A stretch of 63,554 nucleotides of DNA, the filler included, from Hausera hauseri (lineage: Eukaryota): NCBI GenBank assembly GCA_046269625.1. It is 11 parts of 11 records of this genome, joined end to end, with 100 filler letters (N's around TTAATTAATTAA, not from the genome) between each part and the next. Parts side by side here need not be neighbours in the genome. Positions count along the whole stretch, not along the records: positions 1 to 6,183 come from JBJURY010128428.1; positions 6,284 to 10,518 come from JBJURY010684550.1; positions 10,619 to 16,795 come from JBJURY010129650.1; 8 more parts are not named here. One strand, 5' to 3'. The translations under genes were made by a program, and so were the position numbers. A model generated the notes under the pieces. It had not been told where the DNA came from. It saw only the letters and a program-made list of their open reading frames with translations, and made no database searches. Each line of letters opens with the position of its first letter. Positions within the stretch are counted from its first letter, which is position 1. Shown here piece by piece: positions 1 through 13,527 of the stretch.

Positions 1-210
1 TGGATTAGAAATCCAACTCCATGTTCATGTTTATCATCTCTTCCGCTGTAATATAGTTTGTGTCCTTCCTCAGTGATGTATTCTCCAGAGTTTTTCCATC
101 GCACTTCACATAGTCCAAGAATGTTCCACCTGTATCTCTGCATCTCATATGTTAGTTCCTCCAGTTTTCCGTCACTGTTAAGTGTCCGCACATTCCATGT
201 TCCTATAACA
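1..210 (-). pseudogene. RTE-clade LINE, N-terminal APE endonuclease fragment
   Basis: Minus strand reads GTWNVRTLN..GKLEELTYEMQRYRWNILGLCEVRW...HKLYYSG...HEHGVGFLI, the typical RTE endonuclease start. Truncated by the window edge. Confidence 0.85.
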
Positions 211-261
211 ATGCACTATCAATTGATCAGGGGAATATTTAGTAGACGATCCAGAAAATAA

Positions 262-340
262 AATCTGTAGTGGTTCCATCGGGATTTGAACATCGTACTT
301 CTAGCACTCGAGGTAGAAGTTGGGACTACCGAGGCCCCCC
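262..340 (-). mobile_element. Degenerate tRNA-derived SINE head
   Basis: Minus strand has a B-box-like GTTCAAATCCC downstream of an A-box-like segment. Confidence 0.35.
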
Positions 341-1412
341 CTCCCCCAAAAAAAAAGTAATAAGACACTCTTAAAAACAATGAAGGTTGCAGCGAAAAAA
401 AAAATTCAGAATAACAAATACCATTTAAATAGATGGTAAATAATATATACGCAACTAATGCAAATATATTGTCAACATCTCAAGAAGATATGAATTCTTG
501 TCAAAAGAGTTACACAGATAGCACCAAATATAAAAAAATAGAGCTATAGTATTGACCAGAAAAATAATTAAAGAGTAATAACATTTATACTAAATTATTA
601 CAAAACAGCTACATTAGTTTGAGGAAAAGATAGTAAACATATTCAAGACTAATACACATATTTATGAGTTTTTCAAATGCAGCTCACATTTTCGTAACGA
701 ATTATTACCGTGCTAACGCTTTGTGAAAACAAGATACGTTCAGTTCATAAGAATAAACAACCCTACATTAGAAACTTGAAACAACTGTAAAATAATATAT
801 ACTAACTACATGTCAAGTTACTGGGTTGTATGGAGACAAGAACAAACATGTAATAAACAGGTTGATAGCAGTATTCTTTTTGGCGATAATGGTAACAAAA
901 TATTAATATTAGAGAAAACACCCTGCTTTAATTGATGCATGGTGAAATAAACAAGTTTATTGGTAACAAATATTGATAGATTATAACACGGAAACTTACT
1001 TGTTCATTTTCCAACAGTCTCCTTTCTTCCGCTTCTTTTTCGCTTACGTTCGGATATCTAGTCATCTTTGAGACTGGTGCTTTATCCATTTCACAGGGTT
1101 TCACAATGTTAACAACGAATTAATTATTGTAGTGATCACCCGCTAATGCTTGGTCACAAATGAGTTAACCCACTGCGCATGAACGATGCAAATAACAATC
1201 AAGAATGTTGAGGTATATTTATATACTGAAAATTTAAAATAAGCTCCTAAGAGCAACTGACCAATGAGTAACCCGCTAACGATATAGTCGCCATTGGTCG
1301 ACTTATTACTGGGCGGAGCTACTACGTGATTGACCAGTCCCAGTGACGCTAAGTCACCATTCTGCAGAATTATAGATCATTACAGGAGTGTTTATTCATT
1401 AACATATACTTG

Positions 1413-1680
1413 AAAAAATGTTAGTATTGAAAGTGTCACGAAAAAAAGAACTTATACTTTCAAATTTAATAAAAAAAAAAAAAAAAAAATACGTGCATCT
1501 TTTTCCCCTTCCTGTTCTTTTTTGGGGTTTTTTCTTTTTTTTTTTTTTTTGTTTTTATATAAAAAAAATGTTAATAATAAAAGTGTCACGAAAAGAAGAA
1601 CTTATACTTTCAAAACTACAATGAATAATACGTGCAACATTTTCCCCTTTCTTTTCTTTTTCGTTTTTTTTTTTTTTTTA
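1413..1680. repeat. ~150 bp tandem duplication with poly-A/poly-T runs
   Basis: aaaaaatgtta..aaagtgtcacgaaaa..gaacttatactttcaaa..tacgtgca..tttcccctt occurs twice. Confidence 0.75.
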
Positions 1681-1847
1681 TATACAAGGAGATACAATAG
1701 TTCATATATACATTTTGTTTCAAAACAAAATATCCTACACAAAACACACATTATAGAACACGAACACCAAATATCTGGGGAGAATTAAATAGACATTTTG
1801 AAATCCTGACCAACAGTCAGGCATGAATTAGAGGAGTTGACATAGTA

Positions 1848-4800
1848 GTGAAGGACATAAGGATCAGATCAGAATATATAACATATATGTTCCCTTCAAA
1901 AAAAAAGACACTGACAAATATGCATATCAAATGTAGCCATTGTATCATCACTGGTGATTTCAACAGTTACTCAGAAAGATGGGGATTCTTTGAGACTGAC
2001 AAGAGAGGAGAGGAAATGGATAAACATCTCTTTCTAATAAACAAAGCAGATGACAAACCCAGCTACTTTTCCAGAAAATGGCACGCCACTTCGACTCCCG
2101 ATGTAGCTTTCCCTACATGGGACATCATGCACAAATTGACCGACACGTGCACGAACAACTAGCAACAAGCTATCACAAACCACTGAAGTTAGTGCTGAAT
2201 ACGGAATATGTGTTGCTGGAACAAAAACCACTGTTCAAATGGAATTACGTTCGAGCAGGCAGGGACAAATATGCAGTGCTAACTAACAGATGCTGTGAGG
2301 CCATAAAAACATGAAACAACAAGCTGAAAACAATAGCTGAAAGCTTTAACAAAGCAACACTACAAGCAGCTGCTGAGCCCATTCCACGAGGGGCCAGGTG
2401 GAATTATAAACAATACTGAACAGAATATCTCTAAAATAAAGTAGCACACGCTAGAAACATAGCTGAGATAGAGCAGAAAACTGACGGAAACATTTCATTT
2501 AAAGCAGACTCCACAAAGTGCACAAAAGTACTACATCAGACAAAAAGAGAGTAAAGTAAAGTAAATAAAGTCCATTACACGCCTACATAAAGCGTCCAGG
2601 GAAATGTGAAGTTAGTGCCTACATCTTTCCTTGACACCGGCACATGATTGGGTTATGTTGTCAGCATGATTCCAGGCCGCCTTTACGTTCCCTGAGAATT
2701 TCTCTGGTACCTATTTGTGTGGCTGGGTGGGATCCTGTTGCCGCTTTAGTCCAAAAAAGTCAAAAGCCCACAGCTCGGATTGAACAAACGACCACACAAT
2801 CGGCAGGCGAACGCACTAACACTGCCACACCGCGCATCCTTAAAAGCGTTGTGGAAAGAAAAAACGGAAAATCTAAATCTACATAGGGAGGGGAACAAAC
2901 TATGGAAATTAGCAAGAGCACTGTACAATGAAGAATATCACACAAACAAATCACAATTAAACAGAATAATAACATACTCACAGGAAAAATAAATCTGCAA
3001 ATGTTCTCATGGAAAAATATGTACAAGCAAGCCACATCAGTGTAGCAGGAGACAGAAAGAAAACCGTTTATGAAGAAGAAAGCATGGTAAGACAATGAAT
3101 GTTCCAGGAGACACATGATGGCTAATCAAACTATGAATGAGATAGGAGAAGCACTCAGATTACTAAAAAAAAAAAATCACCAGAAAAGGATATAATTACA
3201 AATGAAATACTGCTAGATCTGGGCACACAGACACACACAAAATGTCATAGTAATCATAAATTGCAGTTGTAAAAGTAAAATTGTACCACTGATATGGAAA
3301 GAAGCTATATTGATACCCGTATTAAAGAAAGATAAGGATCCAGCAGCTCCAAACAATTATAGACCTATCAGCCTATTTAGCTGTGTATGAAAACTAACGG
3401 AGCGAATGATAAACAAAAGACTCGTGTTGCACCTGGAAGAGAAAGATCAGGCAATACAGATCCACTGAAGATAAGATTACCTACATAGAAGATGCCTTTC
3501 AAACCTGGAGGGATCATGAAAAAGCATTTGATAAAGTATGGGAGGATGGACTGAAAGTCAAACTGTGAGAAACAAGGTGTGTCTGAAAATGTACAAATGG
3601 ATCAGCCACTACCTAGAGAATATGAATTCCAGAGAACAAGTTCGCTGCCAAACTAGCAAGAAAATGACAATGGAGCAGAGTTTCCTTCTTAAGGGGCGTA
3701 CTGTCATCCACACGTTTCCTTGTGTTCATAGTGTGTCATAATGACATTACAGAAAAAATAATGTATCATAATGGCATTACAGAAAACACACCAGTCTGAT
3801 CACATTACTCCTTCGAATAAACAACAGAGCTGTGAAATAATGCTGAGTGGAAAATACCTGTGCCAGGAGGAGAATCCAAACTATCTAGGCATAACTTTTG
3901 CTCGCCGTCTAACATGCGAAGCCCAGATTGAAACGAACCAAAGACGAGCAAATGTACTCATGACGATCATGAAAAAATTTGCTGGCACAATATGGGGAGC
4001 AGACGAAGTTAAACTAAGGAAGTTATACTTCATTCGTGTGAGACAAGTCTTGGAGTATCGCACTGCAGCATTGGGCAACAGCAGGAAAAAACAAAACTCT
4101 AAAAGATCAACCGACTCCCAAATCAAGCAATGGGAACCAAGACAGGGAGCATGAAAACAACACTCATCAAGGAGCTTGAAAAGGCCACATTTCTTCAATC
4201 AATGGAGGATAGAAGAGACACCAGAGCCCTGCAACAGGCTGAAAAATTTCGAAGGCTATCTAACCATCCAATGCATCAAAGAATAACTGGTTTTGGAGAG
4301 GGAATGCTTAAGAAAGGAAATTTAGTAGATTCAGCCAAATCAAAGATAAAAACAGACCCACTTATTGCCATGCTGGCCACTAAACCAATCGAAGCAGGTA
4401 ACAGACTTACCACCTAGAGAAACGAATCTCGCAAGAATTGCGGAAAAATATTTCTGGAATTCAAAAGAAAGGCAGCCAGACTGAAAATCAACCAAAAGAA
4501 TAGCTGAAAAAATATATAGACGAACACTACCCAAACAGCTGCTGGACACATGGTTACACATATGAATTAACGGCAGATGCAGTAAATGATGTAAGTGGAT
4601 TAATTCTACTGGCATTACAAAATGGAGAACAGAAAAAATGTCAGTGGCAATTGGAAGAATATTAGGCAACTTTAGAGCAGAGGCAGTTGCCCTGAAAACG
4701 TCAGCAGAAGCACTGATGTCAGCGGCAAACACCAAAAGCCAAACAGTACTCTTAACAGATGCACTCTCTGTAATAAATGAAGAGCACTCTCTGTAATACC

Positions 4801-5342
4801 TGAAGAGCAAACAAAACAGAGAGCTGAGTGACCTAAGAGAAACTATCACCCAGCTCTGACAACAATTGAAAAAGTAATTGTGCAGTAGACAACATCCCAG
4901 GAAATGAAGAGGAAGACAGACTGTAAACGAAGGCAGTAAACTACCTCAGGATGTTACAAGTGCAACATATGAAGAGGCAAAGAGAATAATTAGGAGCAAA
5001 TGCAGAGAAAAGTGGGAAAAAGATCATCCAGGCTACAATAAAAATGACGCCAACCACCAGCTAAATATAAAAGAACAGGTGACTATATTTCGACTACGCA
5101 CAGGACACAACAGAGTGAGGTACCACATGTTCAATAGATGGAAGATAGACGGAGGATAGAACTATCGATTAATGTGACTGAAGCTATGAAATGCCCATTA
5201 AGCTTCTGTTGCCGTCCCCAGTGACTGTCCAAGACAAGCTGTATGAAGGAGCTGATTACCTCAAGATGACAACTGGTTTCTTAAAAAAAATTCAAGTTGA
5301 CGACTGAAGGCGTACGAAGAAGAAGAACGAGAAGAGGAAGAA
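1848..5342 (+). mobile_element. Decayed I-group (Ingi/Nimb-like) non-LTR retrotransposon: APE-RT-RNase H
   Basis: IITGDFNSYSERWG (APE); NYRPISL and AFDKVW (RT, ~3350-3545); YLGITF; RNase H motifs NFRAEAVAL, VLLTDALSV, IPGNE; C-terminal QVTIFRLRTGHNR; (GAA)n-like tail at ~5316-5342. Many stops and frameshifts. Confidence 0.85.
2550..2840 (-). mobile_element. tRNA-derived SINE inserted antisense in the LINE
   Basis: Minus strand: A-box-like TGGCAGTGTTAG, B-box GTTCAATCC, body, then a (TTTAC)n tail (gtaaagtaaagtaaa on the + strand at ~2550). It interrupts the LINE frame before WKEKTENLNL. Confidence 0.7.
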
Positions 5343-6183
5343 ACTCTGACAGAGAATTCGAAACGCGTATAAACACGTAAATGAGACCCTCTTCCCGCGT
5401 ACATGGAAGTAAATACCTGGTTGTTTCAGGGAATCAAGATAATCTCTCAGGGTTCATATTAAAGTTTGGTATGTTACAAGTCTCTTTTGCAACTGGAAAA
5501 CAAAAAAAAATCTGAGTATGCCGAAAAGCCAAAGCCTATGTTAAATTTGTTATACAATTTAAAAAAAAAACAATGTAGACTTCGTCCTTGTGACTGCTAA
5601 CAGGGAGATAGGCACATTTACAATAATGAACTGACGTGAAATAAGGATTGTTTATAAACTAAAAATAAATAAGTAAAGATTGTTTTTTTGCCGTTTGGGG
5701 GGTGGAGGTTGGGGGGGGGGGGTTTATTTCGTGATTATGTTTTGCTTGTTAATGACTTTTTTTTTATAGTTACGGTTTTTTGTTGTTATGTTTAATGTTT
5801 ATTTTTCTATGAAATAAAACATCAAGTGGGAAGCCAGTCGTTCAGTTAGCAAACTATGTAAAATAACATCCGCCCACCCACCTAACATTGTACATGAAGA
5901 TACGCTTTAAAACTGTGTTAATTATGAAATAACATTGACAAGTTGTGAAAGAAAACCGGATAAACTGAGGAGATAAGGTCAACACAAATGGCAATAAAAT
6001 CCGTTCCAAAATGTTTTTTCAATGGTATTAGGTATCGTATAGACAAAATGTCCACTTCGCCGTGTGGCTTTTTTCCCCGACAATATTGGATACCTTTCAC
6101 TGTGAAGTCAACAATGGAAGGTCTGACATTACCAAAGCCGTGCGCGGAGATTTCATTGCAATATCTTTATGTTGCTATTGTTC

Positions 6184-6283
6184 NNNNNNNNNNNNNNNNN
6201 NNNNNNNNNNNNNNNNNNNNNNNNNNNTTAATTAATTAANNNNNNNNNNNNNNNNNNNNNNNNNNNNNNNNNNNNNNNNNNNN
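6184..6283. other. Artificial contig linker (N-TTAATTAATTAA-N); also at 10519, 16796, 28269, 32660, 36759, 40961, 45562, 51066, 57238
   Basis: Ten identical 100 nt spacers with stops in all six frames. Confidence 0.99.
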
Positions 6284-7059
6284 AATATTACTTAGTTAAC
6301 AATACTATGTAAATTATTGCACAGCAACTAACTTTATTTCGTATTTAAAAAATTCACTTCAATCTCATTTGATGCATTTAATGGCTACTTACAATTATGC
6401 ATGCATTGAGTTTCTTGCTACCTGCATTATGTCACCAAACAACTGATACGAGATAATATTTATGGCAAAAAATGTGTAAAATCATTATAATTAAGGGGCG
6501 GCAAAACTTATGTTAGGTATAGTACTAACTTAATATGGTACTTAGGTATCATACTTTGATTTTCAAATTCGACCAAAGAAGCATGTAAGTTCCACAAGAC
6601 AAATTCATCACCAAAATATCAAGACTATGCGCCTGATGGAAAATGTAGGTAGAAGTGAGCACTCCACTGCACCTCTCTGATTGGTCGGAAAATTACCTTT
6701 CCCCACCTTTTTGACTATAACGATCATTTGACTAAAATTTTCGCACTACCCCCCGCCTCGGCCGAAAAGGAGGTCGAGCAATGGAATTCGGACTAAGAGA
6801 TATTGATATCACATGGGAAGGTGATCAAAAGTTATTAGAGGTGCGGCTTACAGAAATGTAAGGGAGAGGTGCTAGAACAGGAAGAAGCAAAACAGAAAAT
6901 GTGTCACGTATTACGCGAAACATTTTGCTAGCACTCAGAAAATGTGTACAAGGGATAAATCGATATTGGCGATTGTATTTTACATGATTGCAACGTTGTC
7001 ACACCATGGGAACATGGGGAAAAATCGATGGGGAAATTTCAGATGGGCAGAATTTCCCA

Positions 7060-7365
7060 TTACACAAGTCAGGTGGCGGTGGAGATGGATTGAGCAGGTC
7101 AACCCATCGATAGTTGAGCATTTCATATTATACCGCCTCACGATCAGACGATTGTAAGTGGGTGAAAAACGTCGATAAAAATCATCATCATCATTATTGT
7201 AAAAAGTCTGTTTTTGCTTGCAAAACCAGGCGGTGGTGGTGGAAATGGATTGGGCACGTAAGCAGCTCATCATTAGTTGAGCATTTCATTATAAAGCCCC
7301 TTGAAGATCAGACGACTGTAAGTCGGTGTGTGAAGAACGTCGTTAAAAATTATCATCATCATGAT
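7060..7365. repeat. Diverged ~165 bp tandem duplication downstream of the hexon
   Basis: caggtggcggtggagatggattg..tagttgagcatttcat..gatcagacga..tgtaagt..aacgtcg..aaaaat.atcatcatcat occurs twice. Confidence 0.7.
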
Positions 7366-7776
7366 TTTAACCGTTGTTTTAATCTGTTTTTGTTATTCAA
7401 AACTGATCGGTTCACTATACAAACCAAAAATAATAGCAATAAAATAATATGTTTCACAAAACAGAAAACATTTTTTCTTTTCACAAATGTGATTGTAATG
7501 TAAGCCACAATAAGCAGTAATATCAGCATAGTATAGTTATTGGATATTGATAATGAAGTCTATTATATTCAGCACGGTATGATGGTAATGATTGTCTTTC
7601 AATTTGAGAAACCAACGATGACGGATAGTAAAATACGAGCGGATCGAATATTCTGACGAAGGTCGGATGGACGTACACAGCAATCCAATGTTCGCCCTGC
7701 AACGATGAAGTGTGTGTAATATTAATAAAAAAATTACTTCATAGTAAGACGAAGTAGACGACATGGCGGATTTTAT

Positions 7777-8978
7777 TTATACAATGACGGTTCCGTTTTT
7801 CGTTATTTCAACCTCGGCATCAAATACACCGTAAATTTACATCACGGTAGATTGCTTCAACGTTCTAACAAAGTGAATCTCCAGTCCCAGGTTTCCCTGC
7901 TGAGGTAATTGAGTCTGTTCAACGTCATAATTCGGAGCTAGGACAAAGGTAAAGAACGGATAGATGGACTTGAATAAATCCATTGATATTCTGCTGTTGA
8001 CATTTTTGTTCAGCAAACCCATGTTGCGCACGATAGATTGCATATATGTGTAAACATAACCGCCAGCCTCGAACTCCTGCTTGTATGTCTCAACGAAATC
8101 CGCATTCTTGCCCAAAGTGACGTAATTTACATTTATATGGGTAAACGTTTTCGAATAGGTGATATAACTGGCCGTTTCTTGAGCAGTCATTTGAAATGTA
8201 ACGAGCACAAAATTCGACAATCGCATGTCGCCGAACAGTGCATCTTTGTAAAACGTAGTTGAACCTTTGGGTATGGTGTAAAAGACGAGTTCTGTGAGTT
8301 GTAATGGGTAATGGGCATTTTGTGTTTCCAAGCCCAATCAATGCCTCTTGAGAACAAATGGCTCTACCTTTACACGACGTACGTATAACCGTGCCTTGGT
8401 GATTTTCAGTATGACTTTGAGATTTGCAACTGAAGCTTTGAAACAAAAGATATTGTCGCTTCATTTGAGCCGAATCATGGCTTTAACACTAAGCATTAGG
8501 TATTTCGGCTGATCGAAAAAGTTAAAGTACAGCGATCCACCCATTGTAAGTACTTTTGATTCTGCCACCCATGCCGGACGGTCAAATGAGTCGTTTTCGT
8601 GCCTGTACTGTAATTCAGAGCCGTTTCAATGAGTGCTTTGATTTTGTATAGACTGGTGTTGCCTTCAATTTCGACGCTGTTTAAGTCCGTGAAGCCTCTT
8701 GGAATAGTGTGAGGACAAAGTAATTGGCCGGTGTAACAGTGTCTGTTGCAGCAAGAACCGTTGATGCCTCCTTTTTAACAATGCCTTTTTGCATACAGTA
8801 GCGTGCCATTCAAATCGAGGTATCCATTGTCCAATGCTATAATGTTAAATCGAGTGTCAAAATTATCGTCGGTTGAAACAAAATCAACGGGGTAGACTTC
8901 TAAAAATGTTACATTGTCAATAACAACTTGTCGGGCGACTTTGTCAAATATACACAATTAAGATTTTGCAGATGCCAT
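7777..8978 (-). pseudogene. Polinton/adintovirus major capsid protein (hexon-like double jelly roll), disrupted
   Basis: N-terminus MASAKS*LCIFDKVARQVVIDNVTFLEVYP...GYLDLNGTLLY and C-terminus GNLGLEIHFVRTLKQSTVM*IYGVFDAEVEITKNGTVIV match the adintovirus hexon pattern. About 400 codons, with stops and frameshifts. Confidence 0.85.
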
Positions 8979-8993
8979 TTGTTTATCAATCAA

Positions 8994-9349
8994 TCAATTG
9001 AAAATCTTACGACGACGACGTTTGTTTATAGTTGAAAAGCTAGCTGATCTACCACGTTTTCTCAAGCCACTACCAGCGAATTGTTTTTTAACTGATTCAA
9101 CGACTCCCGGTGCATAGCTTTTTATTTCTGACAAGGCGTGTTCCTTCAATGATGGTAAAATCGATTTTTTTTCATATAGTACATCCTGTACTGTTTTTGC
9201 TGCTACTGTCCAGTACGCTTCAACTCTAGAAATGCTAAAAATGCCAATGTGCGCAATCATCCAGAGCCATAATGTTTACCAAAGAAATACGGCAGTCCAA
9301 CGCATTGTTAGGCTTTACTATAAGTAGAAGCGATTTCAGATTCAATCAT
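8994..9349 (-). pseudogene. Basic core (pVII-like) protein of the Polinton/adintovirus capsid module
   Basis: Lies between penton and hexon. GLPYFFGKHYGSG near the N-terminus; Arg-rich C-terminus GSGLRKRGRS..KRRRRKIFN. Confidence 0.65.
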
Positions 9350-10396
9350 CTTTTTGGTTTCGACGGAAATGAAGAGTTAGAGAGGTTGTGGTACCGTATG
9401 GAAATTCAATATAGTAGCCCGCGTCACAACTGACATTCACTTCAACATTGCTTATAGATGGAGTTGACACAGGTAAGTACATCGGATTATTGAGCTTGAC
9501 ACTAACATTATCTCCAGAAGTATACCGGTTGCTTTCCGTGTAAATTGAACGGAGTAGTGGCACACGTACTCCACCCTCCAGAATCGGTTCAGTGACATTC
9601 GAGCCAATGTATATCTATTTCAGTGCATTTTTCAGCTTTGGTTTAACTGTTGCAACATGTGCCTTCGTACTCGCCTCGAACCGATGTTTTTCAGAACCCA
9701 ATGCCATGGTCAAAGTTTTATCCAACGAAATTTCAACCACATACTTATTCAATTCAAATGTTACGTAGCCATTTTTATCTAACGTGAAAGCCTTAAATAT
9801 ATCTTTGTACCTGTTAGATGAAAAGTGTCCACAGAGTACTGCTACATATTCACAATAGACATTATCGCCTATTGATACATCTGATGTAGACACCCTTTTT
9901 CCAGTAAGGGCAAATTTCACCGATGTGTCGTAAAATACTGGACTGAGTCTTGGTAAAACTTCATAATCACCAGAAACAATCGTACCATTGAGCTCTGTAT
10001 TTTTGAATCCAAATTTTTGTGCCATTTCATTGGACTCGAAACTGACAGTAAAGTCGCTTTTTGAATCAAACACTACTTTTCCCTGTAGAAGAAAAACACG
10101 GATTATACCTTCTTTTACGTCGCTATTTATATCTTTCTTACAAATGGAAGAGTTTCCGACAGAGAGTATATTATTAGTAAGTGTCAGACTACAGGAATGT
10201 GATTTCGTTTCAGTAGCAGTCTTGTTGTACGTTATTTTCATACTACTTTTCAGTGTCACCGGTGCATAGGGATAGTTATATTCCGTCAGTCAACCTCCCA
10301 TCGGCCGGATAAATCTAACGGATTGTCCCAATCCACAACATATTGACTGGCCCAATTGTCTAGACTAGTACTTTGTTTAGACATGAAAATACTCAT
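9342..10396 (-). pseudogene. Polinton/adintovirus minor capsid protein (penton-like), disrupted
   Basis: N-terminus DNWASQYVVDWDNPLDLSGRWEV; C-terminus PLLRSI..NNPMYLPVS..ISNVEVNVSCDAGYYIEFPYGTTTSLTLHFRR. Confidence 0.8.
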
Positions 10397-10429
10397 GATC
10401 CCGATGATGATGATGACGCAGTTTGTTTA

Positions 10430-10518
10430 TTATCGACGACAACGACGAAAATGTAGCATCAAATGTGTCTTGGCTCCAAACAGAAATTTAATGGGTTTCC
10501 AAAATTCGTCTACTATAT
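10430..10518 (-). CDS. C-terminal end of a second penton-like gene (partial)
   Basis: Reads IVDEFWKPIKFLFGAKTHLMLHFRRCR*, the same D..I.F..G.T...LHFRR terminus as the downstream penton. Confidence 0.6.
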
Positions 10519-10618
10519 NNNNNNNNNNNNNNNNNNNNNNNNNNNNNNNNNNNNNNNNNNNNTTAATTAATTAANNNNNNNNNNNNNNNNNNNNNNNNNN
10601 NNNNNNNNNNNNNNNNNN

Positions 10619-12490
10619 GAGAGAGACGTAGATGTTTTAAATGTTTTACTGTCAGAACTATGGCGGGTAACTCACGGTCAAATGTTGAATAACGGCTTTC
10701 AGGTTGTTTAAGTTTCCTAGAGTAAAATTCTAGTGATTCATCAACGCCATTGTATATTTGGTGTAATATCGCACCAGTTGCTGTGGTCAAAGCATCGGTG
10801 GTAAGTATAAGATTTGCGTTGGGCTTTGGATAGGCCAGTATTTCGACAGAATTTAGGCCATCGTGTAAGTAGTCAAACTTAGTGACTAAATCAGGAATCC
10901 AGTACACCAACTGCTTTTCTTTTCGGATGATAAATGTGCAAAAGGTGCTGTCAGCTCAGAACAATGGGGTACGTATTTGTGGATGAAGTGGAGTGTGCCT
11001 AAGAAACTTCTGATGTCCGTGGTAGTCGTTGGTAGAGTTATGTTCTTCAATTGTTGTAGTCGATCCGATTGTGGATAGTGGCCGTGAGGAGTGATGACGT
11101 GACCCAGGAAATTAACACGTTTTTGAAAGAAATGACATTTGGAGAAGTTGACTTGCAAACTGCTATGATGTAGTCTGTGAAAGTTAATACGAAGGTGTTC
11201 TTGATGCTGTTTAACAGGTGAAGAGGCAACTATTATGTCATCAATGCATGGATGAGCAAAATCAATGCCTGAGAGTACGGTATCAATGTGCCGTTGGAAA
11301 GTTTGAGAAGCTCTACGTAAACCAAATGGCATAAAGATATATTCGTAGAGGCCAAATGGAGTAATAATAGCAGTTTTTGGAATATTATCAGGTGCAACAG
11401 GAATTTGATGATATGCTTTATGCAAGTCAGTTGTGGAGTACGTGTTAGTGTTGGTAAGGCTGTGCAGGATGTCATTTATGAGCGGTAAAGGATAAGCATC
11501 CATGACTGTTAAATTATTTAACTGCCGATAATCACCGCATGGTATGTATGTGCCATCTTTCTTCCTTACAACATGTAAAGGCGAAGCCCATGGTGATTTG
11601 GATCGTCAGATAATGCCTGCCTTTTCGAGTTCATTGAACTCTGATTCAACAGCTTTTCGTCTGCGAGGTAAAAGTGGCCTTACCTTTTGTCTGATAGGTC
11701 TTTGGTATTCGGTGACTATGTGGTGATGTGTTGTAGAATGCGGTTTGAAATTGATGTCCTTCTTAAGAGTACGGAACAAAAAGTTTTAATGTAGGATTTA
11801 AGGTCAGAACCCAACGATAAGAATGACGAGGGCATATTATTGAAAGAGTCAGTGGCTGTAATTGATGTAGAATGACTGAATAATTCATTAACTACATTCG
11901 GTTCAGCCGATTGTTTCAAGATTGATTTGTTCCCACTTGACGATATTGAAAATATTGATGAATTGTTAAGTATGTTGTTATCAGCCGATGAACAGGATGT
12001 CAAATTGACATTTGAATGATCAGAGGAAGACAAAATGTCCGACTGGTCGTTTGATGAACATTTATTAGAATTTGCAACGAAGTTTCTGCGCAGGAGGCAT
12101 TTATGCTTGCAGTCGACTAACAAATCATATGCAGCCAAGAAATCGGACGCTATTGTAGGAGATCTGATGTTGGCTATGTGAAATTTCCAGGAGAATTTCC
12201 CTGGTAGGTTGGAGAATGTGAAGATCAGTTTTGTGGTACCTACAATGTTCAAAGGTTGACCACAGACAGTGAAGAGTGGAGGTGAGAAAACTGTGTTAGA
12301 TGTAGGAGAAAAAGACAAAGGAAGAAGTGAAAAAGCAGCTCCTGAATCTATAAGAAAGTCTATTTGTGATGTGGCTCCAAATAACATTTCAGCTTTTAAC
12401 AGAAAGACTGCAGAGGCGGTGTTGAAACGGTCAGAAGATTGAACGATATTGCTTGCACCAGAATATTCCGTAAAATCTGGCCGCATTACT
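10619..12490 (-). pseudogene. Ty3/gypsy pol: aspartic protease, RT, RNase H (disrupted, truncated)
   Basis: DFLIDSGAAFSLLP (protease); SPWASPLHVVRKKDG, CGDYRQLN, DAYPLP, DLHKAYHQIPV, MPFGL, CIDDII (RT); LTTDA..YSRKL..RYSTFDREL (RNase H). Confidence 0.92.
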
Positions 12491-13527
12491 AGTTTTTGAA
12501 GGATTTGGAGAAAGGAAAGAAGAGGAAGAAAAAGGAGGAGATTTATTCTTGTAGTGTTTGCAACCAGACACACATGATCTGGTCTGTGATTAATACTTGT
12601 TGTAGTAGATGCAAATAGGGTTGCCCACAGCATATCGTTTGCTGTAGAATCGACAACCCAAGAGGCACTTCCTTGCATCCCTTCGAAATCGCGTGTGATA
12701 GAAGCACGGCATGCACCCGCGAGGTGAAGTGGATCGAGTAAAGTGTCTTGAAGTGCTTCGCTCCCTTGAAGGTCTGGTGTTACTTCATCGAGGCCTATTA
12801 AGATTGTTTAGTTGGAAAGTAATGGCCGAAATTGATTGTTGTAACAAGTTAATTTGTTGTTGCATCATTTGCAATTGTTGAACGAAAATTTTGGTGTCTA
12901 TATTTTGCGTTTGTCTGCAATCGCAATTTGGAGAGAATTATTTGCGTAAAGGATTTTGAAAGACTTATCAGCCATTATGGCCAATTTTTCAATAGAGGTA
13001 GACTTGTTGACAACGGTAAGCAAGGCTCCGATTTAGAAGGGCAAAGATGACAGAAAATAACGGCGAATTAAGTCCGCGTTATTTGTAGGTGTTACTACTA
13101 AAGCGCTAAGCTGCATAATGGCCGTTTGGAGAAAATCGGATGGCTTTTGGTTTCCTATCGCATGATCGTTAAAGTATTTTCCTACAATGTGATCTACCGA
13201 AGGTTCGGTGATATATAGTACAGCCTTACAGAGTGCTTCGTATTGTGTCAATGATTGAAGCAGTTCGGAGATATTAATGATCTGCTACTTGACGTTGGCA
13301 GGCAGAAGTATCAAGACTATTGGCCCGCAAAAAGGAGTCAATGATGTTGTTGGATTTTAGCCGCTGTTAGTATAATTGGATCCATGGTTTGCTGGAGTTG
13401 TTTTTATCAAGAAACAAATCCACACAAGATAGATTTAACGAAGCTCCTGTTTGTTGACAGTTTTGTACACGATAGATATTGTATATATTTGTGGATTTAT
13501 AATCAGAGAAAGATTGATTTGAGTGCG
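12490..13527 (-). pseudogene. Ty3/gypsy gag (disrupted)
   Basis: LNLSCVDLFLDKNNSSKPW..KYFNDHAIGNQKPSDFLQ..NNADLIRRYFLSSLP aligns by eye with the gag at 20684-21600. Cys/His-rich C-terminal motifs. Confidence 0.8.

Noticed and set aside
1418-1788. Poly-K/poly-F ORFs
   Set aside because: Translation of homopolymer runs.
6184-6283. Recurrent TTAATTAATTAA palindrome, and ORFs ending in X..LIN
   Set aside because: Artificial linker. No gene linkage across these spacers can be inferred, so the Polinton pieces on C2, C6, C9 and C11 are not assembled into one genome.
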